Below, piece by piece: positions 48,706-61,515 of a DNA stretch of 64,000 nucleotides. Under the pieces are notes generated by a model. It had not been told where the DNA came from. It ran no database searches and saw nothing but the letters and a program-made list of their open reading frames with translations. The DNA comes from Malacoraja senta (taxonomy: Eukaryota), in NCBI GenBank assembly GCA_038087875.1, contig JAXLNO010000529.1, forward strand, positions 310,001 through 374,000, read 5' to 3'. Position 1 is the stretch's first letter; each line of letters begins with the position of its first letter. The position numbers and the translations under genes were made by a program.

Positions 48706-50895
48706 ATTAGAAACATAGACAATAGGTGCAGGAGTAGGCCATTCGGTCTTTCGAGCCTGCACCGCCATTCAATATGATCATGGCTGATCATCCAACTCAG
48801 TATCCTGTACCTGCCTTCTCTCCATAACCCCTGATCCCTTTAGCCACAAGGGCCACATCTAACTCCCTCTTAAATATAGCCAATGAACTGGCCTCAACTA
48901 CCTTCTGTGGCAGAGAATTCCACAGATTCACCACTCTCTGTGTAAAAAATGATTTTCACATCTCGGTCCTAAAAGACTTCCACCTTATTCTTAAACTGTG
49001 TGTGACCCCTTGTTCTGGACTTCCCCAACATCGGGAACAATCTTCCTGCATCTAGCCTGTCCAACCCCTTAAGAATTTTGTAAGTTTCTATAAGATCCCC
49101 CCTCAATATTCTAAATTCTAGCGAGTACAAGCCAAGTCTATCCAGTCATTCTTCATATGAAAGTCCTGCCATCCCAGGAATCAGTCTGGTGAACCTTCTC
49201 TGTTCTCCCTCTATGGCAAGAATGTCTTTCCTCAGATTAGGAGACCAGAACTGTATGCAATTCTCCAGGTGTGGTCTCACCAAGATCCTGTACAACTGCA
49301 GTAGAACCTCCCTGCTCCAATACTCAAATCCTTTTGCTATGAATGCTATGAATGTTAACATACCATTCGCTTTATTCATTGCCTGCTGCACCTGCATGCC
49401 TACTTTCAATGACTGGTGTACCATAACACCCAGGTCTCGTTGCATCTCCCCTTTTCCTAATCGGCCACCATTCAGATAATAGTCTACTTTCCAGTTTTTG
49501 TCACCAAAGTGGATAACCTCACATTTATCCACATTATACTGCATCTGCCATTCATTTGCCCACTCACCCAACCTATCCAAGTCACCTTGCAGCCTCCTAG
49601 CATCGTCCTCACAGCTAACACTGCCCCCCAGCTTCGTGTCATCCGCAAACTTGGAGATGTTGCATTCAATTCCCTCATCCAGTTCATTAATATATATTGT
49701 AAATAGCTGGGGTCCCAGCACTGAGCCTTGCGGTACCCCACTAGTCACTGCCTGCCATTCTGAAAAGGACCCGTTTACTCCTACTCTTTGCTTCCTGTCT
49801 GCCAGCCAGTTCTCTATCCACATCAATACTGAACCCCCAATACCGTGTGCTTTAAGTTTGCATACTAATCTCTTATGTGGGACCTTGTCGAAAGCCTTCT
49901 GAATGTCCAGATATAACACATCCACTGGTTCTCCCTTATCCACTCTACTAGTTACATTTTCGAAAAATTCGATGACATTCGTCAGACATGATTTACCTTT
50001 CATAAATCCATGTTGACTTTGTCCAATGATTTCACCACTTTCCAAATGTGCTGCTATCCCATCTTTAATAACTTACTCTAGCAGTTTCCCCACTACCGAT
50101 GTTAGACTAACTGGTCTGTAATTCCCCATTTTCTCTCTCCCTCCCTTTTTAAAAAGTGGGGTTACATTAGCTACCCTCCAATCCTCAGGAACTACTCCAG
50201 AATTTAAAGAGTTCTGAAAAATTATCACTAATGCATCCATTATTTCTGGGGCTACTTCCTTAAGTACTCTGGTATGCAGCCTGTCTGGCCCTGGGGATTT
50301 ATCGGCCTTTAATCCATTCAATTTCCCTAATACCACTTCCCGGCTAACCGGGATTTCACTCAGTTCCTCCATCTCATTTGACCCTCGGTCCCCTGCTATT
50401 TCCGGCAGATTATTTATGTCTTCCTCAGTGAAGACAGAACCAAAGTAGTTATTCAATTGGTCTGCCATATCCTTGTTCCCCATGTTCAATTCACCAGTTT
50501 CTGACTGCAAGGGACCTACATTTGTTTCAACTAATCTTTATCTCTTCACATATCTATAAAAACTTTTGCAGGCAGTTTTCATGTTCCCTGCCAGGTTTTT
50601 TTCATAATCTATTTTCCCTTTCCTAATTAAGCCCTTTGTCCTCCTCTGCTGGACTCTGAATTTCTCCCAGTCCTCTGGTAGGTTGCTTTTTCTGGCTAAT
50701 TTGTATGCTTCATTTTTTGTCTTGATACTATCCCTGATTTCCCTTGTTATCCACGGATGCGCTACCTTCCCTGATTTATTCTTTTTCCAAACTGGGATGA
50801 ACAATTGTTGTTCATCCATGCAGTCTTTAAATGCCTTCCATTGCATATCCACCGTCAACCCTTTAAGAATCACTTGCCAGTCTATCTTGGCCAAT
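48706..50895 (-). mobile_element. 5'-truncated CR1 LINE, disrupted RT
   Basis: ORFs 49146-50045, 50073-50510 and 50538-50894; same subfamily as 29075-30950 and 34242-36365. Confidence 0.93.
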
Positions 50896-51943
50896 TTTTG
50901 TGTGTGATATTTTTGATATCTTTTATTTCGAACGAACGATTAAAAAAAGAAAAGAAAATATGAAAATGAATAATAAATAAAGGAAAATTATATATATACA
51001 TACATATATACATAAATACATACACACATACATACATATACATGTATATATATACATACATACATATACACATATACACATATACACATATACACATATA
51101 CACATAACATATGTACATACATAAATTAAAAAATCAAAAGCCAATTTCAACATAATACACATTAGACTCGTTCGAAAAGGGATAGGAAGAAGCCTATGCT
51201 TGTCAAGTCCTACCCCCATTCTTCACCATTAACAAATGCAAAATTCAATAAAATAAAATAAACAGACAATTCAATTAAAACTACTCCAATCAAGCTATTA
51301 AGAAAAACGAACAAAAAAAGAAAAGAACAAAAAGAACAAGCACCATTAACATCTGTGAGATTTACATTCTCCTTCCTCATTACTGTACTTTTCAAAGATA
51401 TATCTTTTGTACATTTTTTAAAATAGCATTATATTCATACTTTGTTTAATCGTTTCATCAAGACCATTCCACAAAACCACCCCACAAATGGAAATACACA
51501 TACTTTTTAAATTGGTCCAAGCATAATGCTGTTTCGAGTTTAGTTTCCCTCTAAAGTTATAACCCCCCTCTCTGTCTCTGAACAGTTTTTGTATGTTTAC
51601 AGGTAGCAGTTTATTTTTTGCTTTATAAATTATTTGTGCAGTCTTAAATTCTACCAGATCCTTAATCTTTAAGGTGTGTAATTTTAAATACAGTATATTG
51701 GTGTGTTCATGATATCCTACATTGTTTACTATACGAATAGCTCTTTTTTGTAGTGTGCTTAGTGATTGTAAGGTGGTTTTGTAGGTGTTGCCCCATACTT
51801 CCACACAGTAATTTAAATACGGTAACACAAGTGAGCTGTACAGAATATACAGTGCTCTCTCATTCAAAACATGCCTTGCTTTCCCCATCACTCCAATACT
51901 CCGTGCTACTTTTGCTCTCACATGTTTTATATGGGGTTTCCAG
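50896..51943 (-). mobile_element. L2/Crack-group LINE 3' end, same family as 24268-26132
   Basis: Near-identical 3' UTR and the ORF ARSIGVMGKARH...LNYCVEVWGN. Confidence 0.88.
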
Positions 51944-51974
51944 CAGATAATTCACATCTCATACCCTCAAAGTT

Positions 51975-53368
51975 ACCTTTCTTTAAGTTCAGAACCCGTG
52001 TTAAATAAATACAAATTTACTCTCAATGGTATTATTATCGAACACACTATGAGCTATACTTACCTTGGTCTAACTGTTGCAGCATCAGGGAGCTTCAATA
52101 TGGCAGTGAATGCACTAAAAGAGAAAGCTCGAAGAGCTCTATGCAATAAAAAGAAGATTCTACAACATCCAAATTCCAATTAAAATCTGGCTTAAAATAT
52201 TTGACAGTGTAATCCAGCCTATTGCGCTTTATGGTAGTGAAGTATGGGGTCCGCTCAGTCACCATAGTTATAGTAAATGGGAAAAACATGCAACGGAGGC
52301 CCTGCATGCGGAATCTTGTCGGAACATCCTCCGCATCCTAAGGAAAACACCAACAAACGCATGTAGGGCGGAATTAGGCAGATAACCACTGATAATAAAT
52401 ATCCAGAAAAGAGCACTAAATTTTTGAAATCACCTTAAATCTAGCCCCCCGGATACCCTCCAGTTTAAAGCCCTTAAAACACAAGAGGGGAGCCCAGAAA
52501 AGAGTTCCCTGTGTCAGTTGGTACTGAGACTAACTACGCCTATTCAGTTAAACCCTATCCAGTTAAATCCTGAACAGCCTCAGATCAATACTGATCCCCT
52601 ATCACCAGTTAGAGTGAACCAAATTATCAAACAATGTAAAGAAACGTATTTGGAAGATTGGGATAAAGAAACCAAAAGCCAAAGCAGATTAGAATATTAC
52701 CTTGCCCTAAAAAGAGATTATAAATTGGCAGACTATCTCTCAACTGTTAGAGACAAAGCAGAGACAGACCCTCACCAAATAGAGGTTAAGGCAGTTGAAA
52801 AAGGAAGACAGAAGAGATTCTGGTAATCAAGAGAAAGCAGAATATGCGGCGACTGTTTGACAGATGAGGTTGAAACAGAGGTGCACATCCTCCTAAAATG
52901 CTAAAAATTTGACAAAACAAGGAAAACATACTTTGACAAACTCAGTCTGGCAACCCCTGATTTTAAAGAACTAGTTGACACATCAAAACTAAGAATAATC
53001 CTTGGTGAAGGAAATACGGCACATCTTGGTGCACAATACGTAACAGCATGCCATAACCTGAGAGACGGTGAATGACCAATATGCACATTTGTACGCACAC
53101 ACTAATTGGCATTAACTGACACTAAGAAATTAATATTGAATTGCTAAACTTGCTATTCTGTTGTACTGCTTACAGCTGCAAGAACGTGTAGCAATCAATA
53201 AAGGGCTATAGGCTTATTGCAAGTTTATGTACAGGGACATATCTCCATGCAATATACTTGTATTTATACTTATGCATTTTAAATATGTATGTCATGTTTT
53301 ATACTTTGGCAATATAACAATGTATTTTTTTATCATGCCAATAAAGTTTTAAAATTGAAATTGAAAAT
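51975..53368 (+). mobile_element. LINE 3' part, probably RTE-X, degraded
   Basis: YTYLGL...KEKARRA, IQPIALYGSEVWG, ACRAELG and a C-terminal CCHC remnant (C.DC...ETEVH.LL.C); AATAAA then an (AATTGA)n tail abutting a GA tract. Confidence 0.65.
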
Positions 53369-53808
53369 GGAGAGACAGAGAGTGAGACAGAGAGAGAGAG
53401 ATAGACAGAGAGAGGGGGGGAAGACAGACAGGGAGACAGAGAGAGGGGGGGGAGACAGAGACAGGGAGAGAGAGAGGGAGAGACAGAGGGTAAGAGAAGG
53501 AGAGAGACAGACAGAGATGGAGAGAGACAGAAAGATACAGAGACAGAGAGACACATAGGGAGGGGCAGAGAGAGACAGAGAGTGAGAGGGAGAGGGAGGG
53601 ACAGAGAGAGAGAGAGAGACACAGAGAGACAGGGAGAGAGGGAGGGAGACAGAGAGAGATAGAGAGAGACAGAGAGAGAGAGAGAGACAGTGAGATAGAG
53701 AGAGGGAGAAAGAGACAGTTAAATAGAGAGAGAGACGAGAGGGACAGAGAGAGAGAGGGAGAGACAGACAGAGAAAGAGAGTCAGATAAAGAGAGAGACA
53801 GACAGAGA
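53369..53808. repeat. GA-rich tract
   Basis: Seen directly. Confidence 0.9.
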
Positions 53809-53890
53809 GAGTGCTGGAGTAATTCAGCGGGTCAGGCAGCATCTGTGGAGGGAAGGAATGGGTGACATTTTGGGTCGAGACCCTTCTTTG

Positions 53891-54458
53891 GTTTAGTTTA
53901 GTTTAGAGATGCAGCGCGGAAACAGGTCTTTCGGCCCATGGACTCTGCGCCGACCAGCGATCACCCCGTACACTAGCACTATCCTACCACATTAGGGATA
54001 ATTTAACAATTTTGCGGAGGCCGATTAATCTACAACCATGAATGTCTTTGAAAGTGGTGGTGAGTGGACAGAGAGTGGTGAATCTCTGGAACTCTCTGCC
54101 ACAGAGGGTAGTCGAGGCCAGTTCATTGGCTATATTTAAGAGGGAGGTAGATGTGGCCCTTGTGGCTAAAGGGATCAGAGGGTATGGAGAGAAGGCAGGT
54201 ACGGGATACTGAGTTGGATGATCAGCCATGATCATATTGAATGGCGGTGCAGGCTCGAAGGGCCGAATGGCCTACTCCTGCACCTAATTTCTATGTTTCT
54301 ATGTTTCTATGTTGGAGGAAACCGGAGCACCCGGAGTAAAAACCCACGCAGGTCAAGAGGAGAACGTACAAACTCCGCACAGACAGCACCCATAGTCAGG
54401 AGCGTACCTGGGTCACTGGCGGCTAGGCAGCAACTGTACCGCTGCGCCACTGTGCCGC
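53891..54458 (-). mobile_element. HE1-type V-SINE split by a + strand CR1 3' fragment (~54067-54311)
   Basis: (CTAAA)n tail at 53891 and tRNA-like head GCGGCACAGTGGCGCAGCGGTA at the 54458 end. The insert has a CR1 UTR and (TTTCTATG)n. Confidence 0.85.
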
Positions 54459-54655
54459 GTAGAATTATATAACGGTTTCCTCCGCCATAAACGCACCTAA
54501 TATGTGCTTGTTGACCCGCTGTGTTCCCCTCCTGCAGGGTTTAGGAGCCGTTGCTGTGGACGGAGAGACGGGGACGTGACCGGCCATTGAGGGCGGCCAG
54601 GGTGCCAGTGAGCCCCCCCTCCCCCCCATCTGCTCGGTGTGCGGGCTGAGCTTCG

Positions 54656-56337
54656 ATGGAGGACCACATGACAGGGCACAACAAGGAGAAGCGTTATGTG
54701 TGTGACGTGTGTGGCAAGGCGTGGCAGTGCCTGAGCAAGCTGGAGATCCACCGGCAGGTTCACACGGGAGAACGCCCCTTCGACTGCTCGGAGTGCGGCA
54801 AGAGCTTCAAGTCGCCGCCGGAACTGAAGGTGCACAGGCGCCTGCACACCGGGGAACGACCCTACACCTGCAGCGACTGCGGCAAGGGCTTCACCCGCTC
54901 CAGCAACCTGCTGTCCCACCAGCAAACCCACACCGGCGAGCGCCCCTACACCTGCAGCGACTGCGGCAAGAGCTTCATCCAGTCCTGCAACCTGCTGGTG
55001 CACCAACGCACCCACACCAGCGAGCACCGCTACACCTGCAGCGACTGCGGCAAGGGCTACATGTCGTCGCTGGAACTGAAGGTGCACAGGCGCCTGCACA
55101 CCGGGGAACGACCCTACACCTGCAGCGACTGCGGCAAGGGCTTCACCCAGTCCGGTCACCTGCTGTACCACCAGCGCATCCACACCGGCGAGCGCCCTAC
55201 ACCTGCGCCCAGTGCGGCAAAGGCTTCACCCGCTCCAGCACCCTGCAAGTGCACCAGCGCACCCACACAGGCGAGCGCCCCTACACATGCACCCAGTGCG
55301 GCAAGGGCTTCACCCACTCCAGCAATCTGCTGTCCCACCAGCGCACCCACACCGGCGAGCGCCCCTACACCTGCGACCTGTGCGGCAAGGACTTCGCCCA
55401 CTCCGGCAATCTGCTGTCCCACCAGCGCACCCACACCGGCGAGCGCCCCTACACCTGTACCCAGTGCGGCAAGGGCTTCACCCAGTCCGGTCACCTGCTG
55501 AAGCACCAGCGCACCACACTGGTGAGCGACCCTACACCTGCGCCCAGTGCGGCAAGGGCTTCACCCAGTCCGGTCACCTGCAGTTCCACCAGCGCACCCA
55601 CACTGGTGAGCGACCCTACACCTGCACCCAGTGCGGCAAGGGCTTCACCCAGTCCGGCACCCTACTGAGGCACCAGCGCACCCACACAGGGGAGCGCCCC
55701 TACACCTGCACCCAGTGCGGCAAGGGCTTCACCCACTCCGGCACCCTGCTGAGGCACCAGCGCACCCACACAGGGGAGCGCCCTTCACCTGCACCAAGTG
55801 CGGCAAGGGCTTCACCCGCTCAACCTATCTGCTGTCCCACCAGCTGGTGCACGCCGGCGACTGTCCCATCCCCAGCCCGGTGTGTGGAGAGCGCTTTACC
55901 ATGGCCTCCCACCCCCTGTCTCACCAGGGCGTGCACAAAAGTGGCCAGCCCTACGACTGCCCGTACTGCGGTAAGGAGTTTGACAGCTCGCGGGGGTTGC
56001 GGCAGCACCGACGGACCCACGCCGGCGAGCAGCTGCTCCCACTGTGACAAGAGAGCATGGGGGCTGCGGGAGCACCAGCGGTTACACACCGGAGAGAGAC
56101 CCTTTGTGTGCGCTGAGTGTGGCAAGGGTTTCACCAGCATGTCCAGCCTGTGGGAGCACCGGCGTACCCACAGCGGTGAGCGTCCCCTCCCCTGCCCGTC
56201 CTGTGGAAAGGGCTTCACCCGCCTTGACCAACTGCTGGAGCACCAATGAGTCCACACCGGCCAGCACCCCTTCACCTGCCCGCTCTGTGGCAAGGCCTTT
56301 GCCCGCTCCTCCAGCCTGCTTGCGCACCGTTTTTAAA
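54656..56337 (+). pseudogene. Tandem C2H2 zinc-finger gene exon (~18-19 fingers), frameshifted as assembled (pseudogene or consensus errors)
   Basis: MEDHMTGHNKEKRY-CDVCGK... followed by repeated [16 protein letters not shown] units. Acceptor CCCCTCCTGCAG| at 54537. Frame changes near 55198, 55514 and 55781; stops at 56047 and 56249. Confidence 0.9.
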
Positions 56338-57177
56338 TCTGCTGAAAAACAGAAAGCAGTCACATTTAAAAGATAATTTTCTCAGCAGAATAAAGTTATG
56401 GAAATCTTTGAAGCTTGGTTTGTGCTAATCATTGAAACAATGTATTGGCAATGTATTAACATAGAGATGTATTGTCTGGGCATAGCACCATATTAGATAT
56501 GTGTCTGAACTGCCTGTCCCAGCTAAGGACAAGGTAGTGGCTTTCATCCAAGTCTTACAAGCTTGTTTTAGTTCACAGACGGATGCCCATTCTGGAACCA
56601 AGATGGAAGTCATTTGAAACAAAATGGAGTTAGTTGTCCTTCCGGAATGGGCAGCTGTACTGAAGGTGTGCCAAGATTTGAGAATAAGGCTGACATTGCA
56701 AATATATGGGTCCAGCCTCCCTTGTTTCCCTTAGGCTACGGATCTTTCACAGATTTAGGTGTGTTTTATTGATAAGAAAATGTATAATTACACAAACTTT
56801 CCTTAGTTCTTTGAGTGCAGCCCGATAAGCACTGAGCAACGTGTGTGCACTTTGTAGATCTCGCCACTCCCCTCTGGCAAATTGATTAAAAGATTGCTTT
56901 GGTTTACTTTTAACAATTTTGTTGCTGTCTGCTTTCTTTAAGAGACGAACTTTGACAACTGTGCTCTTTGGAATTCTTCAGAATTAAGGTTGCACTATCA
57001 ATAATGAAAGAAAATGCCAACCATCTCCAGAAATGATAAGAGATTATTCTCGCCTCCATGCATATTTGTCGCCGTAGGGCAGTCGCACACCTCCCCACCA
57101 CTTCAAAGATAGTTCCTGCACTTGGCAATATCGGTTGGTGTTTGGCGGTAGCAGGGCGACAGGCAGCCCGACACCCT

Positions 57178-57530
57178 GGTAAATCACCCCATTGTGGGGG
57201 TCCGGGGGTGGGAGGGTGAATCACCCATTGTGGGGGTCCGGGGAGTGGGGGGTGAATCACCCCATGTGGGGACCGGGGGGGGGGTGGTGAATCAGCATGG
57301 TGTGGGTCGGGGGTGAATCACTCCAGTGTGAGGGTCCGGAGGGTGGGGGGTGAATCACCACGGTTTGTGCGTCAGGGGGGTGAAGCACCCATTGTGTGGG
57401 TCGGGGGGGGGTGAATCACCCCATGTGGGGGCCGGGGGAGGGGGGGTGAATCACCATGGTGTGTGGGTCGGGGGGGGGGTGAATCCCTCCAGTGTGTGGG
57501 TCGGGGAGGGGGGTGAATCACCCTGGTAGG
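57178..57530 (+). repeat. G-rich minisatellite (~31-38 bp; GTGAATCACCC..TGTG.GGG.C.GGGG)
   Basis: About 10 recurrences of G(G)TGAATCA. Confidence 0.85.
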
Positions 57531-57683
57531 GGGGTCGTGGTGCCGGTGCAGCTCGATCAGCGACTCTGGGTGGGTGGAGGGACCAGACTGTCACCAACTC
57601 TGCTGCAGGTGACGGGGATGTTGCCGGGTTTATGGTCCCGTGTGTCCGCTGGTCGGAGCCGCGGCCCCGCTCCACCCGGCCCC

Positions 57684-57725
<42 letters not shown>

Positions 57726-57764
57726 TGCCGGCCCACTGCCCATGACAGTGCGCTGGGAGCCAGG

Positions 57765-58010
57765 CCAGCTTGGGGGAGTAAGGGGAATGGGAGGTAGCCA
57801 TCTTGGGGGAGTAAGGGGGTTGGGAGGTAGTCAGCTTGGGGAGTAAGGGGAATGGGAGGTAGCCAGCTTGGGGGAGTAAGGGGAATGGGAAGTAGCCAGC
57901 TTGGGGGTGTAAGGGGATAGGAGGTAGACAACTTGGGGGTGTAAGGGGAATGGGAGGTAGTCAGCTTGGAGGAGTAAGGGGAATGGGAGGTAGCCAGTTT
58001 GGGGGAGTAA
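57765..58010 (+). repeat. ~31-bp minisatellite (CAGCTTGGGGGAGTAAGGGGAATGGGAGGTAGC)
   Basis: About 8 tandem units. Confidence 0.9.
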
Positions 58011-58061
58011 GTGACAGGCGGAACTAATAGCCCCGCAACACCATTGCTGCCACGTGGAGCA

Positions 58062-58645
58062 AAGGACAAATGACATTTATTTGTCACGTACACCAATTGG
58101 TGTAGTGAAATTTGTCTTGCCATGCAGCACACAGATAAATGATAAGACACAACATTAAAGAATTTAACAATGAACATAAAAACATCCCCCCACAATGGTT
58201 CCCATTATGAGGGAAGGCACAAAGTCCAGTCCCCATCCCATGTCCACCCGTAGTCGGGCCTATTGAGGTCGCCGCTACGGGGCCCGATGTTTCAGGTCCT
58301 TCTTCGCCGGGTGATGGTGCTCCGGCGTCGGGAGAATCCTCTCAGCGGCTTGGGACACCTGGAACGACCGCTTCCTTACTGTAGACCGTGGCTTCCGAAG
58401 CCGACAGGCCGCGCTGGATGGAGCTCCACTGATGGCGATCTCGGCGAGAGATCCCAGGCTCCCGTTGTTAAAGTTCAGCGCCGCCGCCCGCAGGCCCGCA
58501 GCTCCGCGATGTTTCACCTGCGGGCTTCAGCTCACCGGAGTTCCAGCGCGGCGACTCGGGCAAGGCATCGCCTGCTTAGCTCCGCGATAGCGCTCCAGCG
58601 CTGTGCCGCCGCCGAAGCCGAGGGTCTGGGCGGCACCCGACACGA
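58062..58645 (-). mobile_element. Probable non-autonomous retroelement with a LINE-type 3' tail and GC-rich body
   Basis: Minus strand ends ...GCAAGACAAATTTCACTACACC..GTGACAAATAAATG, similar to Rex/L2 tails in this window. Confidence 0.45.
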
Positions 58646-59221
58646 TCCGCTCTCTGTCTTCTCCTTCCCTCCTCTCTCCCCTCTCTTTCTCTCCCCCCCT
58701 CTCCCTCCTCTCTCCTCTCTCTCTCTCCACCTCCTCTCTCTCCCCCCCTTTTCTCCCCCTTTCCACAGGAGCAGCTGGTTGACCTCAGGACCATCCTGGA
58801 GACAGAACAACTTGGACAGGACGTGGAGAGAGGTGGTCGCGTGGATGTCCAGCACGAGAGAAGGTGGTTCCTCGAGGTAGGGAATGAGACGGTGCTGTGA
58901 GACTCAAGAATGGAGGTTGATGAGGGGAAGTATAGGGGACAGAATAGGCAGCGAGGAAGGCAGAACTGCTTAAACCGGAGACAGACACCACCTTCTCTCG
59001 TGCTGGGCATGCATGCGACGACCGCTCTGCACGTCCTGTCCAAGATGTTCTGTCTCCAGGATGGTCCTGAGGTCAACCAGCTGCTCCTCGTTCCCTAACG
59101 TGGACTTTAACGAGCTGCACCTGGTCACATGGGTGTGGTGGTCATCAGATATCTGCAGTCCCTCCCCCCCAACCACTGACCTTCCCCCCTCCCACTGCCC
59201 CTCCCCCTTTTCCCACCCACT

Positions 59222-60071
59222 GAGGAGAGAGAGAGAGGGGGGAGAGAGAGTAGGGGGGTAGAGAGAGAGAGGGGGGAGAGAGGGAGGGAGAGGGAGAGAG
59301 GGAGGGAGGGAGAGGGAGAGGGAGAGAGAGGGAGGGAGAAGGAGGGAGAGGGGGTAGAGGGGGGGAGAGAGAGAGGGGGGGGAGAGAGAGAGGGGGGGAG
59401 AGAGAGAGAGGGGGAGAGAGAGAGGGGGGGAGAGAGAGAGGGGGGGAGAGAGAGGAGGAGGGGAGAGAGAGAGGGGGGGGGAGAGAGAGGGGGGAGAGAG
59501 AGGGGGGGAGACAGAGAGAGAGAGGGGGGAGAGAGAGGGGGGAGAGAGAGGGGGGAGAGAGAGGGGGGAGAGAGAGAGAGAGAGGGGGAGAGAGAGAGGG
59601 GAGAGAGAGAGGGGAGAGAGAGAGGGGGGGATAGAGAGAGAGGAGGGAGAGAGAGAGAGGGGGGAGAGAGAGGGGGGAAAGAGAGAGAGGGGGGAGAGAG
59701 AGAGAGGGGGGTAGAGAGAGAGAGAGAGAGGGGGAGAGAGAGAGAGGGGGGAGAGGGAGAGAGAGAGAGAGAGGGGGAGGGGGAGAGACAGAGAGAGGGG
59801 AGAGAGAGAGAGAGAGAGGGGGAGAGAGAGAGAGTGGGGAGAGAGAGAGGGGGAGAGAGAGGGGGAGAGAGAGGGGGAGAGAGAGAGGGGGAGAGAGAGA
59901 GGGGAGAGAGAGAGAGAAGGGGGGAGAGAGAGAGAGAGGGGGGGAGAGAGAGGGAGGGGGGGAGAGAGAGAGAGGGGAGAGAGAGAGAGAGAGAGCAGGG
60001 AGAGAGAGAGAGGGGGGGAGAGAGAGAGAGGGGGAGAGAGAGAGGGGGAGAGAGGGGGAGAGAGAGAGAGT

Positions 60072-60107
<36 letters not shown>

Positions 60108-60730
60108 GAGAGAGAGAGAGAGAGAGGGGGGGAGAGAGAGAGTGAGAGAGAGAGAGAGAGAGGGGGAGAGAGAGAGAGAGGGGGAGAGAGAGAGAGAGGG
60201 GGGAGAGAGAGAGGGGGAAGAGAGAGAGAGAGAGAGGGGGGAGAGAGAGAGTGGGGAGAGAGAGGGGGAGAGAGAGGGGGAGAGAGAGAGAGAGGGGGAG
60301 AGAGAGAGAGGGGGGGGGAGAGAGAGAGAGGGGGAGAGAGAGAGAGAGGGGGAGAGAGAGAGGAGGGGGAGAGAGAGAGGAGGGGGAGAGAGAGAGAGGG
60401 GGGAGAGAGAGGGGGGGGAGAGAGAGGGGGGAGAGATAGAGAGAGGGGGGAGAGAGAGAGAGGGGGGAGAGAGGGGGGGCAGAGAGAGAGGGGGGGGGCA
60501 GAGAGAGAGAGAGGGGAGGGAGAGAGAAGGGGGAGAGAGAGAGAGGGAGAGAGAGAGAGATGGGGGGATAGAGGGGGGAGAGAAGAGGGGAGAGAGAGAG
60601 GTGGGGGAGAGAAGAGGGGAGAGAGAGGTGGGGAGGGGGGAGTGTGTGAAGGGGTGGGAGGAGGGGGGGAGTGGGGGAGTGGGAGAGGGGGGGTGTGAGG
60701 GGGGCAAAGGGGGGGAGGGGGGAGGAGGAG
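59222..60730. repeat. 1.5-kb almost pure purine (G/A) tract
   Basis: Seen directly. Confidence 0.95.
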
Positions 60731-61034
60731 GGTCTCTAGTCGTGTCCATGAAGCTGTGACTGGAACATCGATCAGATGGGCAAGTCTAGACAACCTTCAC
60801 CTCACTGTCGTACAGCACAGAAATCTGGCCCTTTGGCCACTGCAGCCATCACACTGGTCACTGTGGTCACTGATCTCTGGATACAGGCTGTTTCTGCAGA
60901 GGCGAGGGTTTGTATCCCACCACTGCCCACGGTGTGTGGGTCAACCACACCACTCTGGCCACTGCACCCGCACACTGGGCAGTGGTGGGATTCAAACACT
61001 CGCCTCTGCGGAGACTGAGCCTGGATCCAGAGAT

Positions 61035-61480
61035 CAGTGTGTGGCCACAGTGACCAGTGTGTGACCGCAGTGACCAGCGCGTGGCCGCAGTGACCAGTGT
61101 GTGAGCGCAGTGACCAGTGTGTGGCCGCAGTGACCAGCATGTGGCCGCAGTGACCAGTGTGTGAGCGCAGTGACCAGTGTGTGAGCGCAGTGACCAGCGT
61201 GTGGCCACAGTGACCAGTGTGTGGCCGCAGTGACCAGTGTGTGGATGCAGTGACCAGTGTGTGGCCGCAGTGACCAGTGTGTGGCCGCAGTGACCAGTGT
61301 GTGGGTGCAGTGACCAGTGTGTGGGTGCAGTGACCAGTGACCAGTGTGTGGCCACAGTGACCAGTGTGTGACCGCAAGTGACCAGTGTGTGGCCGCAGTG
61401 ACCAGTGTGTGGGTGCAGTGACCAGTGTGTGGGTGCAGTGACCAGTGTGTGGCCGCAGTGACCAGTGTGTGGCCGCAGTG
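61035..61480 (+). repeat. 20-bp minisatellite (GTGACCAGTGTGTGGCCGCA), ~21 units
   Basis: Seen directly. Confidence 0.95.
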
Positions 61481-61515
61481 AGTTAAGGTAAGGGTTAAGG
61501 TTGAGGGTTGGGGTT

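Noticed and set aside
54420..54458. tRNA gene
   Set aside because: It is the tRNA-derived head of a SINE, contiguous with the SINE body, with no complete cloverleaf.
54497..55506. Minus-strand Ala/Val/Gly-rich ORFs
   Set aside because: Antisense shadows of the C2H2 zinc-finger repeats.
56340..57175. Non-repetitive stretch after the ZNF exon as a possible gene or transposase fragment
   Set aside because: Only short ORFs with no motif I can recognise; left unassigned, possibly 3' UTR or old repeat.
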